From assembly GCA_964016885.1 (NCBI GenBank), contig OZ024740.1:358856001-358920000 (forward strand): 64,000 nucleotides of DNA, written 5' to 3'. This stretch comes from Eledone cirrhosa (Eukaryota). Each line of letters begins with the position of its first letter. Position 1 is the stretch's first letter. The notes under the pieces were generated by a model that was not told the origin of the DNA, did no database searches, and was given only the letters and a program-made list of their open reading frames with translations. Made by a program: the position numbers and the translations under genes. Positions 52,530 to 64,000 of the stretch are shown in pieces.

Positions 52530-53135
52530 AAACTTTACAAATCAAAATTATCGCCATCGTTTAGGAAAGCACGTGATTCCATTCATTCCTGTAGAACTCT
52601 TCTGTGTTCAATGCTAAGTATTCCGTCAGCGACTGGTTTAACAGATCTTCATTGGTGAACGTCTCACCATGCTTTGCAGCATCGAGTTACGCCCCTTTAT
52701 GGTATGAGTTCAAATCCCGCCGAGGTTAACTTTACCTTTCATCCTAACGGGGTCGATAAAATAAAGCACCAGTAGGCACTGGGATAATTGCTGGCCTTGT
52801 GCCAAAAGTAGAAACAATTATTCATAGAGAGGAAAAGGTGATAGTCTGTGATAGGCGCGAGGTCATGCTTATATGGCAGGTGGAACAGAACCTGCCAACC
52901 AAGCTCCAGCAGCTTCTCCCGTATCAACCTTGATGTATGCGATCGAGAGTTCACATGAAGGTATCAAACATGGTCATGGTGTGGGGGCACCTGTGCGATG
53001 TTTGCTGCTAATCTGTCACGTTGTTGGCAATAGACGTCGGGAGTTAGGCTGGTGTTCGGTGAGAGCAGCTCGTAGTAATGACACCTTTCCAGACTCATTA
53101 GGGCCTTGCGAGGTCCTTGTTGTTCAATCATGTCT
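52530..53135 (-). pseudogene. Mariner transposase C-terminal remnant interrupted by a SINE
   Basis: YELL..YCQQ.DRL; NSRSHTS..KLLELGWQVLFHLPYKHDLAPITDYHLF (HDNARPH and YSPDLAP.D); resumes GETF..FY..PKRW beyond the SINE. Confidence 0.88.
52667..52820 (+). mobile_element. tRNA-derived SINE, 5'-truncated
   Basis: B-box, core and tail of the family. Confidence 0.9.
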
Positions 53136-53169
53136 CCTCTAACATATTCTGTCACTACTTCTTTGCTAC

Positions 53170-54260
53170 ACCTTATTTATTATACACTTGCCCCACTCTT
53201 CAGCGCGCCCAATAACAGGTTGTTGAGATTGCTCGTGTCTTTTGTAGCTTAAATATATAACTAATTCCGAATATGTAGCCTTTGTATGCTATAAATGCCA
53301 AGTTCAGATTGTTGCTGATGTCGCTAATAATATTATAGTTTCTGGGGATGATTTTTGTCTTTGAGAAGCTATCTCCCCTATTGATTCTACACTTGCTATT
53401 TGAGGCATATATTTCTGTGGTTGCTGTTTTAGATACTAATATCATTTACGTTGCGACTGTGTTTATGGGGTTGGCAATAGCGGGTCCTTCCGTTTTCACC
53501 CTCCTCAAGTAGGCAGAATGCCCTTTAGTTGAGATCGCAGCAGGAAATGTGTCATCGTGGCGTTCTGCCCTATACTGCCACAAATAAGTTGATGGCCCTG
53601 CCAAGTCAATAAAATCAAGGATGTCTTCGAGGTGCTCTTGATCCGGTTGGATTAAGAGCTCCATACCTATTCATGACCAATACACTCTGCGCCCTTATGT
53701 ATTTCTAGATTTGTGACCTGCTCCACCATTTCGTCTATGACTGTCACCAGGAGCGATAGGGTGCTTGTTTCAGGCAGCACATACATTACTTTCACCATTT
53801 CAACTTTCCCTACCGAGATATCCTATTTTTAGAGGTGCTGCATTGTGTCTTCGTCCATTTTAATCGTGAACTTTTCGCTAGAGATGTGACGTTTGAACTC
53901 CAGCCGTCAACTTAAGCTCCACTCGTTGTTTCCTTTTTCAGGTTTTAATACCAAAGCATCGCTATACCTACAGTGATCTTATTTACTTTTTTCCTGTTTC
54001 CTTTTACGATATGTTTTTGTTCCCATTACTTCATCCATGATTGAACGGTATTTTTCTGATATATTAGCAGCACTTGACCTTTCCTTGCAGCTTGTTTATT
54101 TTTCTGTTGTTATTGTTGTTTCTCTAGTGGAGATTGAACTGGGTTCTGTGTAGGAAATGGAGGTGCTGGTAGTGGTGTTGTGGTGGATGTTTAGCGCTGC
54201 TTGCTGCTGTTCTTTCCCCGTGGCTGGCTTGCTGAGTCGATAACGATGCAATGTGATTGA
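53170..54260 (-). pseudogene. Possible degenerate LINE ORF1 fragment
   Basis: GC-richer, with a Gln/Thr-rich start and TCYWAR*RVGQ resembling a decayed zinc knuckle. Confidence 0.3.
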
Positions 54261-55899
54261 AATAACTACTTGAAAGAATTAACAATTGTTTTCAAAATTC
54301 AGAACAATGGAACAAGATTCAAAGAAACTGAATCTTTTTTTAGGATCCCGTCCTCTACAACAAAAAAAATATTATACGAAAATCAGCAGTGAACAAAGTC
54401 CAAGTTAGTGACGAAACAAAAAATTTCACTAGCCGAAATGAATCAAATTTAAGCTGACCTGGTAATAATTATACTACTCTTAGTTTTTACAATGGTTAAC
54501 CGTGAGCTTCTAGTGTTTCTTTGCATTTCTGAGTCGTATGTAGCATTACATTTTCTATGTGGTATGGGTGCAGATGATATAAATGACATACAGTTCGCCT
54601 CATAATTGGATGATTTTACGCAACTCCATTTTTTACTATGTATTCGAGCCAAATTTTCCATGTAAGAACATCACTTTGCTGCGCTTCCTCATGAAACAAC
54701 TATAAAAATATACTTGTAATTTTGCATTTTACGACTGGGTGTTTAATATTACTATAACGTAATTTAAACAATGATTGAATGAAAATGCAAATATGAAGCA
54801 GTCATTTGCGTCATCACCGTTAAATATAAATAAAATACAACCTCGAAGATAATAATAAATTCGAAAGATGTGAAAACAAAACGAGAAAAATCTCTAGTTA
54901 AACACAATAGTAAATACGTTTGGCAAATTTCAGAACAGTGATATAGCGTATAAATAATAATGATAGTATGGACTTAATGTCTAGTGAATTATATCTATTC
55001 AAATTGATTACAATGTGTATAGGATTGCAGGAATATATAACGTTATTAAAGCTTCAAATAATATAACTCTTGATAATAAAATATCATGTTTTCTATTACC
55101 AGAAAGGTTTACCATGGTTACGATATAAAACTTGGTTAGAAACATAATTTTTCTGTTCATAGGTACATATTTCTTGTATTACAACAATTCTTTTATATTT
55201 CATGACATAACCAAGAAAGGCCTTGGTTTAGAAAGTAAACAAAACCATAAAATATATTTGCAACAGTAAATGATCCTCGTCGTTTTTCCTTAGTGAATAT
55301 TTAAATTTTTTCTTCCATTAGAATTAATATTCAATGACAAAATTGTATAAGCACGTGTGTCTGCATGCGTTCCCCTATTTTTGTGCATTTGCTTATGAAT
55401 AGACGAGGAACCTCCGTCGGTTTCGACTCGTTAAAAGCAACTGTCTTTTCCTGAAATTAACAACGAAGAGGTTGAGCATACCGCAGGACTCTGTATCCTT
55501 AAACTAATTCTAAATGTGATTCAGTGTGATATACTGTGCGACAAGAACGGTCCATTGTATTACAGTTATAGCCAATAAGACGGGTTCCCAAACAATATCC
55601 GTCTACCCGAATATATGGTAAATGACACTTGTCCAAAAGGCTAAGCTGCGTCCACAAGACAACATATACACCTTCGCATACATTCACACACACATTTACA
55701 CTCGCGTCTTAGACGCGAGTTTACATGTTAAGACATATCTAAGGAGCTTCCGATTCCAGAGTTAGGATTGATCATTAATCGATCGTTCCTCGAGCTGATC
55801 GACAGTGAAACATATGTAATATGTAATTAAATATGTATATGATGCAACACCGATTCTTTGTTCCATTATATTATCAATATTATTATCAATATTATTATT

Positions 55900-56408
55900 G
55901 TTATTATTATTATTATTGTTCTTTGAGTCTCAGTCATTGATGTTATTTAACTGGAAAGTTTGTTGAAATGAATATCAAGCTGCTTCCTGCAGCCTCAGTC
56001 ATTCAGGACGTATCGGAGGGTTCTTGCTGTTCCCAGCAAGAATGCTTTTTGAAGTGTTCCAAAAGGCGGGGCTGGACTAATCTTCTTTAACCATCCTTGG
56101 AAACTATTTGAGATAGTACCTAGTGCGCCTATGACAATCGGGACGACCTTGATTTCATGACAGTTCCAAATCCTTTTTAACTTCCACTAAATCCTGAGAA
56201 GTGGTATGAGCATAAGCCAGAGTTGGTGATAGAAAACGATCAGGTGAAGGTGCTATGGGATTTTAGGATACAGATGGACAAGAAATTAGAACACAATAGG
56301 CCTGACCTGGTGGTTTTGGACAAGGAAAAAAGATCGTGCCTGATTGTAGATGTAGCCTGCCCATTTGACACGAGAGTGCAAGAAAAGGAGAGGGAGAAAA
56401 TTAACCGA
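55900..56408 (-). pseudogene. R4/Dong LINE 3' end with inverted 5' segment
   Basis: Minus strand 56188-55990 LKRIWN..VVPIVIGALG..LQKAFLLGTARTLR with an (AAT)n tail; plus strand 56189-56408 KWYEHKP..LWDF.IQ..NRPDLVV..IVDVACP.D..EKEREK. Confidence 0.88.
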
Positions 56409-56415
56409 TTGTTTA

Positions 56416-56513
56416 AGGTTAACTTTGCCTTTCATCCTTACGGGGTCGATAAAATAAAGTACCAGTAATGTACTGGGTAATTGCTGGCCTTGTACCAAAA
56501 GTAGAAACAATTA
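56416..56513 (+). mobile_element. SINE 3' half
   Basis: Family core and tail, ending in (TTA)n. Confidence 0.9.
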
Positions 56514-56759
56514 TTATTATTATTATCGGTCTGTTCGGACGCTTTTTGCTCGCTCCCAGTAAGTCGCCTTATTTGCCTGTTAAAATTATTTGTTCTTAAA
56601 TATTTCTTGTTGTTTAAGGGATATAAGCCCTTAGACTTTGCCCTGTGAAGGGGAAAGTAAAATATTTGGGCCTTTTGGCCCAAATATTTGAACATTTTAC
56701 TTTTTAAAAAATATTGTTTAAAAAAAAAATAACATGTCTGAGCCACGCTCCACAGCAAT

Positions 56760-59700
56760 ATGTCTGCTGTCGTCTGACTACGGCGTAAAAGTTGAGAGGA
56801 GGGTTACACAAATTGTTACAACAGACACCGCCACAAACAACGTGAACAAAGACAACACTGAGGATACTAATTTGAAAAAATTACCACACCAACTACAACA
56901 ATAACAGCGTCAACCAAAATACAAACAACAGAAAAAAATGACAACAAATGCAACAACGATATTAACACCACTAACAAGAAAATAAACAACGACAACACCA
57001 ACAGCAACAATACAAATTGCACCGAAAACAACAATAACGGTGGCACCAAAAACACAACGAACTACAACAGTGATAACAGCAACAACACCAACTACACCGT
57101 TTGTAGCAGTAACAACAGCAACAGCAACAAGACAAGTTGCAGCAGTAGCGGCAGAAATAATGGTGCCGCTGAAAAAAGGGGCCACTTCTTTCGCAGGTGT
57201 GGCCCGAAATATAGAAACAGCGCTAGTCACGGAGGAGGAGGTGGCAGTCGCAAGAGCCATGGTGTCAAGAAACGACAATAGAGTTTCCCTGAAACCTCCA
57301 TCCGATTTCTTCAAAGACCAGCAACTGCGCACGGTGACTTACCACACCGTAAGCAAAATGTCACATCGGGTGGAGAGAGCCACGGAGGCTCAAATCCAAA
57401 AGGCCTTGGGGTGCGTCTGGGCGCGCGAACCGCACACGAGGAAAAAAGTACGCCACAGTAGACGTACTTTCCGCCACCCCCCAAGAGGCGAAGTCTCACT
57501 CTTTGGAAACCATAAAGAATGAGATAGTCTTAGTGCCCTCCTACTGCGGGCAGAAAATTGTGAGGGTCAAAGTGACCCAGTGCCCGCCCGACGTGCCCAT
57601 ACCTTGGCTGGCAGCGTCTGTACTTGCTGGAATCGAGGAGAAGACCACTATACTGCAAATACAGTGAATGGGAAGAGAGAACTGGCCAGGAATAGGCATG
57701 CAAATGGTAATACAGACTGACCAGGAGTGCATCGAGCCATCCCAGACCTCATAGACCGCCGCGAAGAAGGGCTCCAACTCCCTATAAACGTGGAATGAAG
57801 GCGCTCTGTGGGCAGAAGGGTCACCTCAGGGCCTTCTGCCCGCAGAAGACATCCAAGAAGGGGGCCCCCTCCTTCCGATGCCTGATCCGCTGCTACCAAG
57901 AGCAGGGCAGGCAACAGAGGCAGAAGACCCTTTTATGGTGGGTAGGATGGCAACGTCCGTGGCACCCATACCAAGGCCACGGACAACTAAAGCAGCGGCA
58001 GCAGTGGCGGCAACACCAACATACGCAGTAGCTACGCCAGCGGTAAAATCGCCAAAGCGGGCTACACTAACACCACCAACATCAGTGGAGCTCATGCCCC
58101 TCCCGGACGCCGCGTGTCCGACATGGAGTGTGAGGCGGGAGGGAAGTGGCAAACGGTCTGCCACAAAAACAAAAAACAAAAAACCTCTTAGCCTCACACT
58201 CCAAAAGCGAAGGCAGACAAAGAGGAGTAAAGGCTGCAAGGAGACTTGCAGCAACACCACCACATCACTATCACCACCACATGCATCACCACCAACAACA
58301 ACCAGACCATCACCAGCATCACCAAAAACACCAACATCGCAAACACAACAAAACACACACACCTAACAGCAACAACAAGAAAACAGCAACAAAATCGCCC
58401 CACCCCACAAAAAGTACACAGCCATAAACATGGCAAATTAAGAACTCCTACAACACATAAAGCAGCAAACAGACATCACAAAAAAAGCTACTACACCTCA
58501 CCAACACCAAGAACTCTCCCCACAAACATAAGCATCTTTCAAATCTCAATAGAACATTACAAACTTTTAAAGCAAAAATTCCCCAACGCAGTTGGAGATT
58601 TCAGAGGATCGGTTACCAAGAGGATATACACCGACATCCTCTTGGAATCGCCCATGACCAGCCAAAGGGACGGTTCTACTGTCCCTTCCCCACACGATCA
58701 CTGTAAGTGATCCTTTCTCACTTACCCCGTTTCTCATCCAACATGGCCGTACTTAGAATAGGCAGTATAAATGTACGTGGTCTGGGGTGATCTTGGAAAC
58801 AGGGTCAACTGCTCAACGACCTCAGGTCACTAAACATAGATGTGGTGGCAATCAACGAGACCAGAATCTCCTAAGCACGAGCCTTCGCACCGATCTTCGT
58901 TAAAACGTCTAGGGACCTTTCTTGGAACGTTCCGCTCTTTAGTGTTAGTGGGCGATTGGAACGGTATCTTAGATGCACGCTAGGATTATGTGGGGATAGT
59001 AAACATGGAAGGAGGGTGTAAAAGCCTCAACAACCTGCTCAGACGTTTTGAACTGTCTGACAGGTATAGACTGGATTATCCGAATGTGCCAATGTGGTCA
59101 TGGGCAAACCGCATCGGGTCATCCAGATCGTATTTAGATAGGGTATTCTGTAGGGAAACAGATAAGGCTAGTGTAGGTTGTCCACAATTTAAAGTAGTCG
59201 ACTACACGGACCACAAATTTGTGATCTGTGAAGTTGACTTAGATAGACTCCATAGGCAAGGGCCCGGCTACTGGAAGCTGAACGCATCGTTCCCGGCGCG
59301 CAAAGCTTACAGAGACCAGATTTGCGAATTAGTTAAGCGTGTTGACGGGTGTTGATGGGTGTTGACGGGTGGTGGTTTACCCTGAAAAGGGCTATTAGAG
59401 TAGAATCGATAAGGTTTAGCAAAGGAGTAGTGATAGAGGAAAATAGAGTAGAGGGAAAGTTAGTTAGAAAGCTAGAAGAGGCGTTTAGGACAGGCATCGC
59501 AACCGACGTGCTTGCGGCGAGATTGGCACTCGACCAATTCTTCAACGCAAAGCCTGAAAGCTAGAACGCGTGCTCTAAGACACGATGGGACGAAAGCCGT
59601 TCAATGAGCCCGGTTGGTGGAGGCGCGTCGTGGCAACAAGTCCACAATTTGGTCTTTGCCTGATCAAAACGGCGCATGTTGCTCTCGACGATAGCAGCGC

Positions 59701-60737
59701 AGTGCTGCGAAAAGCCGATAACAGCAGGTGAAATATGGGGCGTGATGTCTGACTGCACGAGGGGTAAATCGCCAGGTTGGGATGGTCTTCCCTACGAGCT
59801 TTATGCATATATCCCAGACTTGTTCGGCGACCTCTTTGCAGATGTCTACTGCAACTGGCAGCAGAACAGGAGCATTTCCAGTTTTGTGAGCCGGGGAGCA
59901 GTGGCGCTGCTGAGAAAAGATCTTAACAAGGGGGACGTTATAGACAACTTCAGGCCCATAACTCTGCTAAACGCAGAGTTTAAGATTTTGGCCAAGGTGT
60001 TAGCAAAGAGATTGGCGCTTGTCGTCGGTGATCTGGTGGGAGAGGCGCAGACGTGCGCCATCCCGGAAAGATCCATTCACGACAACCTCCATCTCATGCG
60101 AAACATCATAGAGAGGGTGGTTAAGGAACCTGTCACGGGTGGGGCTCTGATCAACTTGGATAAATCTAAAGCATTTGATAGGATCAACCATCGGTACCTG
60201 GCTGCAGTCCTCGAGGCGCCCGGCTTCGGGCCCATTTGTAGGGGCTGGATCGCTGCGATGCACAGCGACATCTGCTCGATTGTGAGGGTGAATGGTCACC
60301 TGTCGTAGTCTTTTCAGCATCATGCGCTCGATCAGCCAGAGTTGCCTCCTCTCGTCCCTCTTGTACGTACTGGCCCTAGAGCCTTTACTACACAAATTGG
60401 AGGCGATGGGGGGGGGGGCACGCGAATTGGGATGCGGGAGATTCGTGTCAGCTTACGCCGACGACGTCACCGTGGTGGTTTCGAGCACCAAACACGTCCA
60501 GATGTTCGGAACCGCTCTCAAGAAATACGAAGCGGTGACAGGAGCAAAGATAAACCAAGAAAGGTCGGTGGGCTTGCAACTCGGCACCTGGAGAGGCAAG
60601 TCCATGCCGTCCGACAGCGTCGTTGGGCGCTGGACGGAAGGACCGGTTTAATTGTCGAGGTCTGATTCGCTCCGGACCTCCAGATAGAAAAAAACTAGAG
60701 CGAGGTGACAAGCAGGGTAGCTTCTCTCACCCAGAAT
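56760..60737 (+). pseudogene. L1/Tx1-clade LINE: ORF1 remnant and ORF2 (APE plus RT), 3'-truncated
   Basis: ORF1 knuckle CGQKGHLRAFC; ORF2 from 58743 SINVRGL, INETR, GDWN, YLDRVF, TDH, GYWKLN, KSPGWDGLPYE, FRPITLLN, KAFDRINH, AYADD; many stops and deletions. Confidence 0.92.
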
Positions 60738-60849
60738 GTGGATTAGCAGAAACGTTAGAAAGTCGGCGAAATGCTTAGCAGTATATATTATGGGTCTCAA
60801 ACATTTGTGAACATAGCTGTGATCATGATTACAGCTTTAAAATGTTCAT

Positions 60850-61590
60850 TGCGACTTTCTTGTGTTTTGTTTATCATGTACATTCATATATACCTTTATT
60901 ATGTATCTCACTATTAATGCTATTGTTGATTAATCATATTCAGTCAAATTCCCAATGTGTTGCGAATGACCCTCTTTAGCCGATTTTTCATTCGCAAAAA
61001 GCCATATAAAATATGAGCTTAATTTTTTCTCAGTACTGAATGAGTAAATGTAACCGATAACGGGTACAAATTCAGAAACACATGTCTGACATTTTCATTC
61101 GCGTACTGAGATTACATCTTAAAATATTCATAGTGAGACTTTTGTATATTTATTGTACGTAAACTCATTGTATATGCCTTGATATTCACCCATTTCTATT
61201 GAATAACGCTATGTTAGCACTACTACTAATTAATCCTAGTTAATTAGTCTCACAATATATACCAATGAGTACTTTGAGCTGATGTTTAATTTGTACTATA
61301 TGAAAATATGCACCTCCAGCTGATGTTTCATTCTCAAATGTGCATATAACTTGTAAGCTTATTCTTGTCTCAGTACCGAATAAGTAGATGTCACCAATGA
61401 CAGATAGAAAACTAGAAACACATTTCTGACAAACCCACACGGCTACTGGAATATCTCTGACGTTATCATAGCTTCAAATAATCATAGAGAGACTTTTGTA
61501 TGATTATTATTGATAAACATATTATGTATGTCTTTTAATATGTCCCTATCCTAAGCCACTCTATGTTAGTGCTACTGCTAATATATATAT
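60850..61590. repeat. Degenerate tandem repeat, ~340-355-bp period, about 2.3 units
   Basis: TCTCAGTACYGAAT..AGAAACACAT.TCTGACA at about 61028 and 61367; GAGACTTTTGTAT..CTATGTTAG at about 61135 and 61489. Confidence 0.65.
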
Positions 61591-61973
61591 ATTCCACAAG
61601 CATCGCATGTTTGTAGTTTACTGACGAAACATGATGGAAAAATATGTTTTCAGTTTGTAATTCTTCTCTTAAGTGCAGATACGATGTTCATTGGTAGGTA
61701 AGTTAACATAAATGGGAATGATGTAGTTTTACTAGACCTCGTCAGAGAAGCATAAGCAATAGAATCGGGCTGGATGGGAGAGTAACCGATCGATCAATAT
61801 GCATTTTAACAGGTTGGGGTGGAATAAAATATCATTTACCGTTTCAAACGGCAGGATGAATAAATGTCTAGACCACTCAGTTTGTGAGGAAGAAAGAGAT
61901 AAAAAAACTGAGACTGAGAGACTGGAGCTAATAATTAGGTAGATAGGTAGAAACATAGATAGATAGATAGATA

Positions 61974-64000
61974 TGTTTCTTTATTAGCCACAGGGGCACA
62001 AGAGAAGGGGACAAATACAAAGGGGAAAGTTTACATACAATAAAACGTGTAAAATGCTATCACATATGTAATTTAAAAATTAATCGATTTTCCCCAATAG
62101 GGGGAGACATTTCATATGGGTAACACATACCCCCGAAAAAATGTGCAACACTCATCTCCAGGAGTACGAAGAGTTTGTACCCCTTTCTTCTCTTCCTCTT
62201 TTTCCTCAACCTACAGGCTGATATAGAGAGAAGGCCCATTCACTCGTGCCATTCTCGCCACTTTCACCCACCTTTCATAAAACTTGCTGATTCTTCTTCC
62301 AAAGTGGTATTTGAAAAAAAGAATCAGTTGTTGGCCGGAGAGAAAGGTGTCTGACCTCAGCCCTTTTAACCTCGTCCACCATACAACCTCTTTCGCCATA
62401 ACTATCACACAAAGGAAAACCGCCTCTCCTTTGTTTTTGAAGGAGGGTGTCGGTTTGATCATGACAGTGGACTCGGTGGTCAACTGGATTGGTCCCACCC
62501 GCGACAATAGTCGTTCTACATAGCCCCACAGGTCGGTAACGCCCGGGCAGTGTATTAATGCGTGCGCGACGGTTTCTTCGTCTCGCACGCATTTCGGACA
62601 GATCTTTTTCGAAGGTTCCTTGCCCGGGCGCTCATGTCTGTAGAGCTTGTCTCGAACTGGTAGAGCTCCTCGGTAGCACTTCAGGCCGGGTATATTTGGA
62701 AGTTGTCCATCGGTCCCTGGCAGAAGGTCCTACCGAACAGACTGGCCAGTTCGTCTTCCTCTACGCCTAGAGTTTCTCCGAGCGCGTTGTCGTACTTGCT
62801 GCGGATCAATCCTCTATAGAATGACGAAGTGAAGTCTCCACTGATCGCCGGGTCCGCCTGCCAGAGGGCTGTGGGCGCCTGAGCACATTCGATGTGCCAG
62901 TCGCCCATTTTCCTCGGTCTCTGCTTGACCCAGGACTGCAGCTCGGTCAGCTAGACAAGTCGTGGGAAGGCTCGCGTCACGAACGGAGCCCACACCGGTT
63001 GTCCGGTGAGGAATACGTAGAGATGCCGCAGCCTGAGCGCGTGGTTGCGCATCGTCAGCCACGGCATCCCCAGCCCTCCGTTAGAAGGGTGTTGGCAGCA
63101 GATGGCTCTTCTCACCAAAGGAGGCCGCTTCTTCCAAAGGAATTGGAAGAGCGCGCGCTCCATTTTGGTGAGCGTTTTGGCTGGACAAGGCACGACGGTC
63201 AAGCGGTAGTAGATGGCGGACGCTATAAAAGTGTTCGCCACGTCCGCTCGACCTTTCAAGGATAGATTGCACTCGGCCCACTTCTGGGTGAGTGCAAACA
63301 CCTTGGCCGTCACCTCGTTCCAGTTTTTCTCCACCTGGAGGTCCGGACCAAACCAGACCCCGAGCAGCTTTACCGGTCCTTCCGTTCAGCATCCGACGAC
63401 GTCATCGGAAGGCATCGGTTTGCCTTTCCCCGATCCGAGTTGCAAACAGACGGACTTGTCCCGGTTCAGCTTCGCTCCTGTGAATCTTTCGTATTCCTTC
63501 AATATGGTGCCGACTTCCTCGATTTGCGAGGTGCTCGACACCACTACTGTCGCTTCGTCGGCGTAGGCCGACGCCGCTTTCTGGAGTCCCAGTTCTAGAG
63601 GGATGCCCTGCAGTAGATCCAACTTCCGCAGTAGTGGCTCGAGAGTAAGTACGTACAGAATGGAAGAGAGAGGGCATCCCTGTCGGATGGATCGCGTGAT
63701 ATGGAACGGCTCCGAGAGGTAGCCGTTCACCTTGACCGTTTAGCAGATGTTGCTGTTTTGCATTGCAGTAATCCAGCCCCTGATCACGGGTCCGAAGCCT
63801 GCCGCCTCGAGCAACGCATCCAGGTAACGATGGTCAACCCTATCGAAAGCCTTAGACTGATCCAAGTTGATCAGGGCCCCACCGAAGCCGGGTTTACACC
63901 CTACCCTCTCTATGATGTATTGCATGAGGTGTAGGTTGTCGTGTATGGACCTGGTCGGGATTGCGCATGTCTGCGCTTCTCCCACCAGGTTTTCGACGAC
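61974..64000 (-). pseudogene. L1/Tx1-clade LINE ORF2 RT to 3' end (continues past the window)
   Basis: LDQSKAFDRVDH, RQGCPLS, AYADE, GGLGMP, CPKC..ETVAHALIHC; 3' UTR with AATAAA ending at a (GATA)n tract. Confidence 0.93.

Noticed and set aside
55700-55720. GC-rich 10-bp-arm palindrome as a Helitron 3' hairpin or terminator
   Set aside because: No CTRR end at the expected distance and no other copy in the window.
56867-58436. Hydrophobic minus-strand ORFs resembling membrane proteins
   Set aside because: They are antisense to the (CAA/ACA)-rich low-complexity Tx1 ORF1 region.

Overview
AT-rich eukaryotic DNA, most likely from an octopod cephalopod (inferred from the SINE families and mollusc-type 5S sequence). 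It is dominated by (TA)n/(CA)n microsatellites and decayed mobile elements, and I found no intact protein-coding gene. Mobile elements: about 12 copies of one tRNA-derived SINE; fragments of RTE, CR1, CRE, R4/Dong and L1/Tx1 LINEs; a full-length but dead hAT (Buster/Charlie) transposon with TIRs and an 8-bp TSD nested in a Tx1 RT; a mariner remnant; and a Penelope-like (PLE) GIY-YIG remnant. The most striking features are: (1) many short non-coding PLE-terminus/retrozyme-like elements from several unrelated families, almost all abutting (TA)n, which carry minimal type I hammerhead ribozyme motifs (including U3:A8 and U4C core variants and one with a ~100-nt helix II) and fold-back inversions; (2) a hairpin element built from the 5' 65 nt of 5S rRNA; and (3) a heavily decayed multi-exon class C (mGluR-like) GPCR pseudogene on the minus strand at about 13.3-27.9 kb. 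All alignments and folds were done by eye, so boundaries of old elements are approximate.
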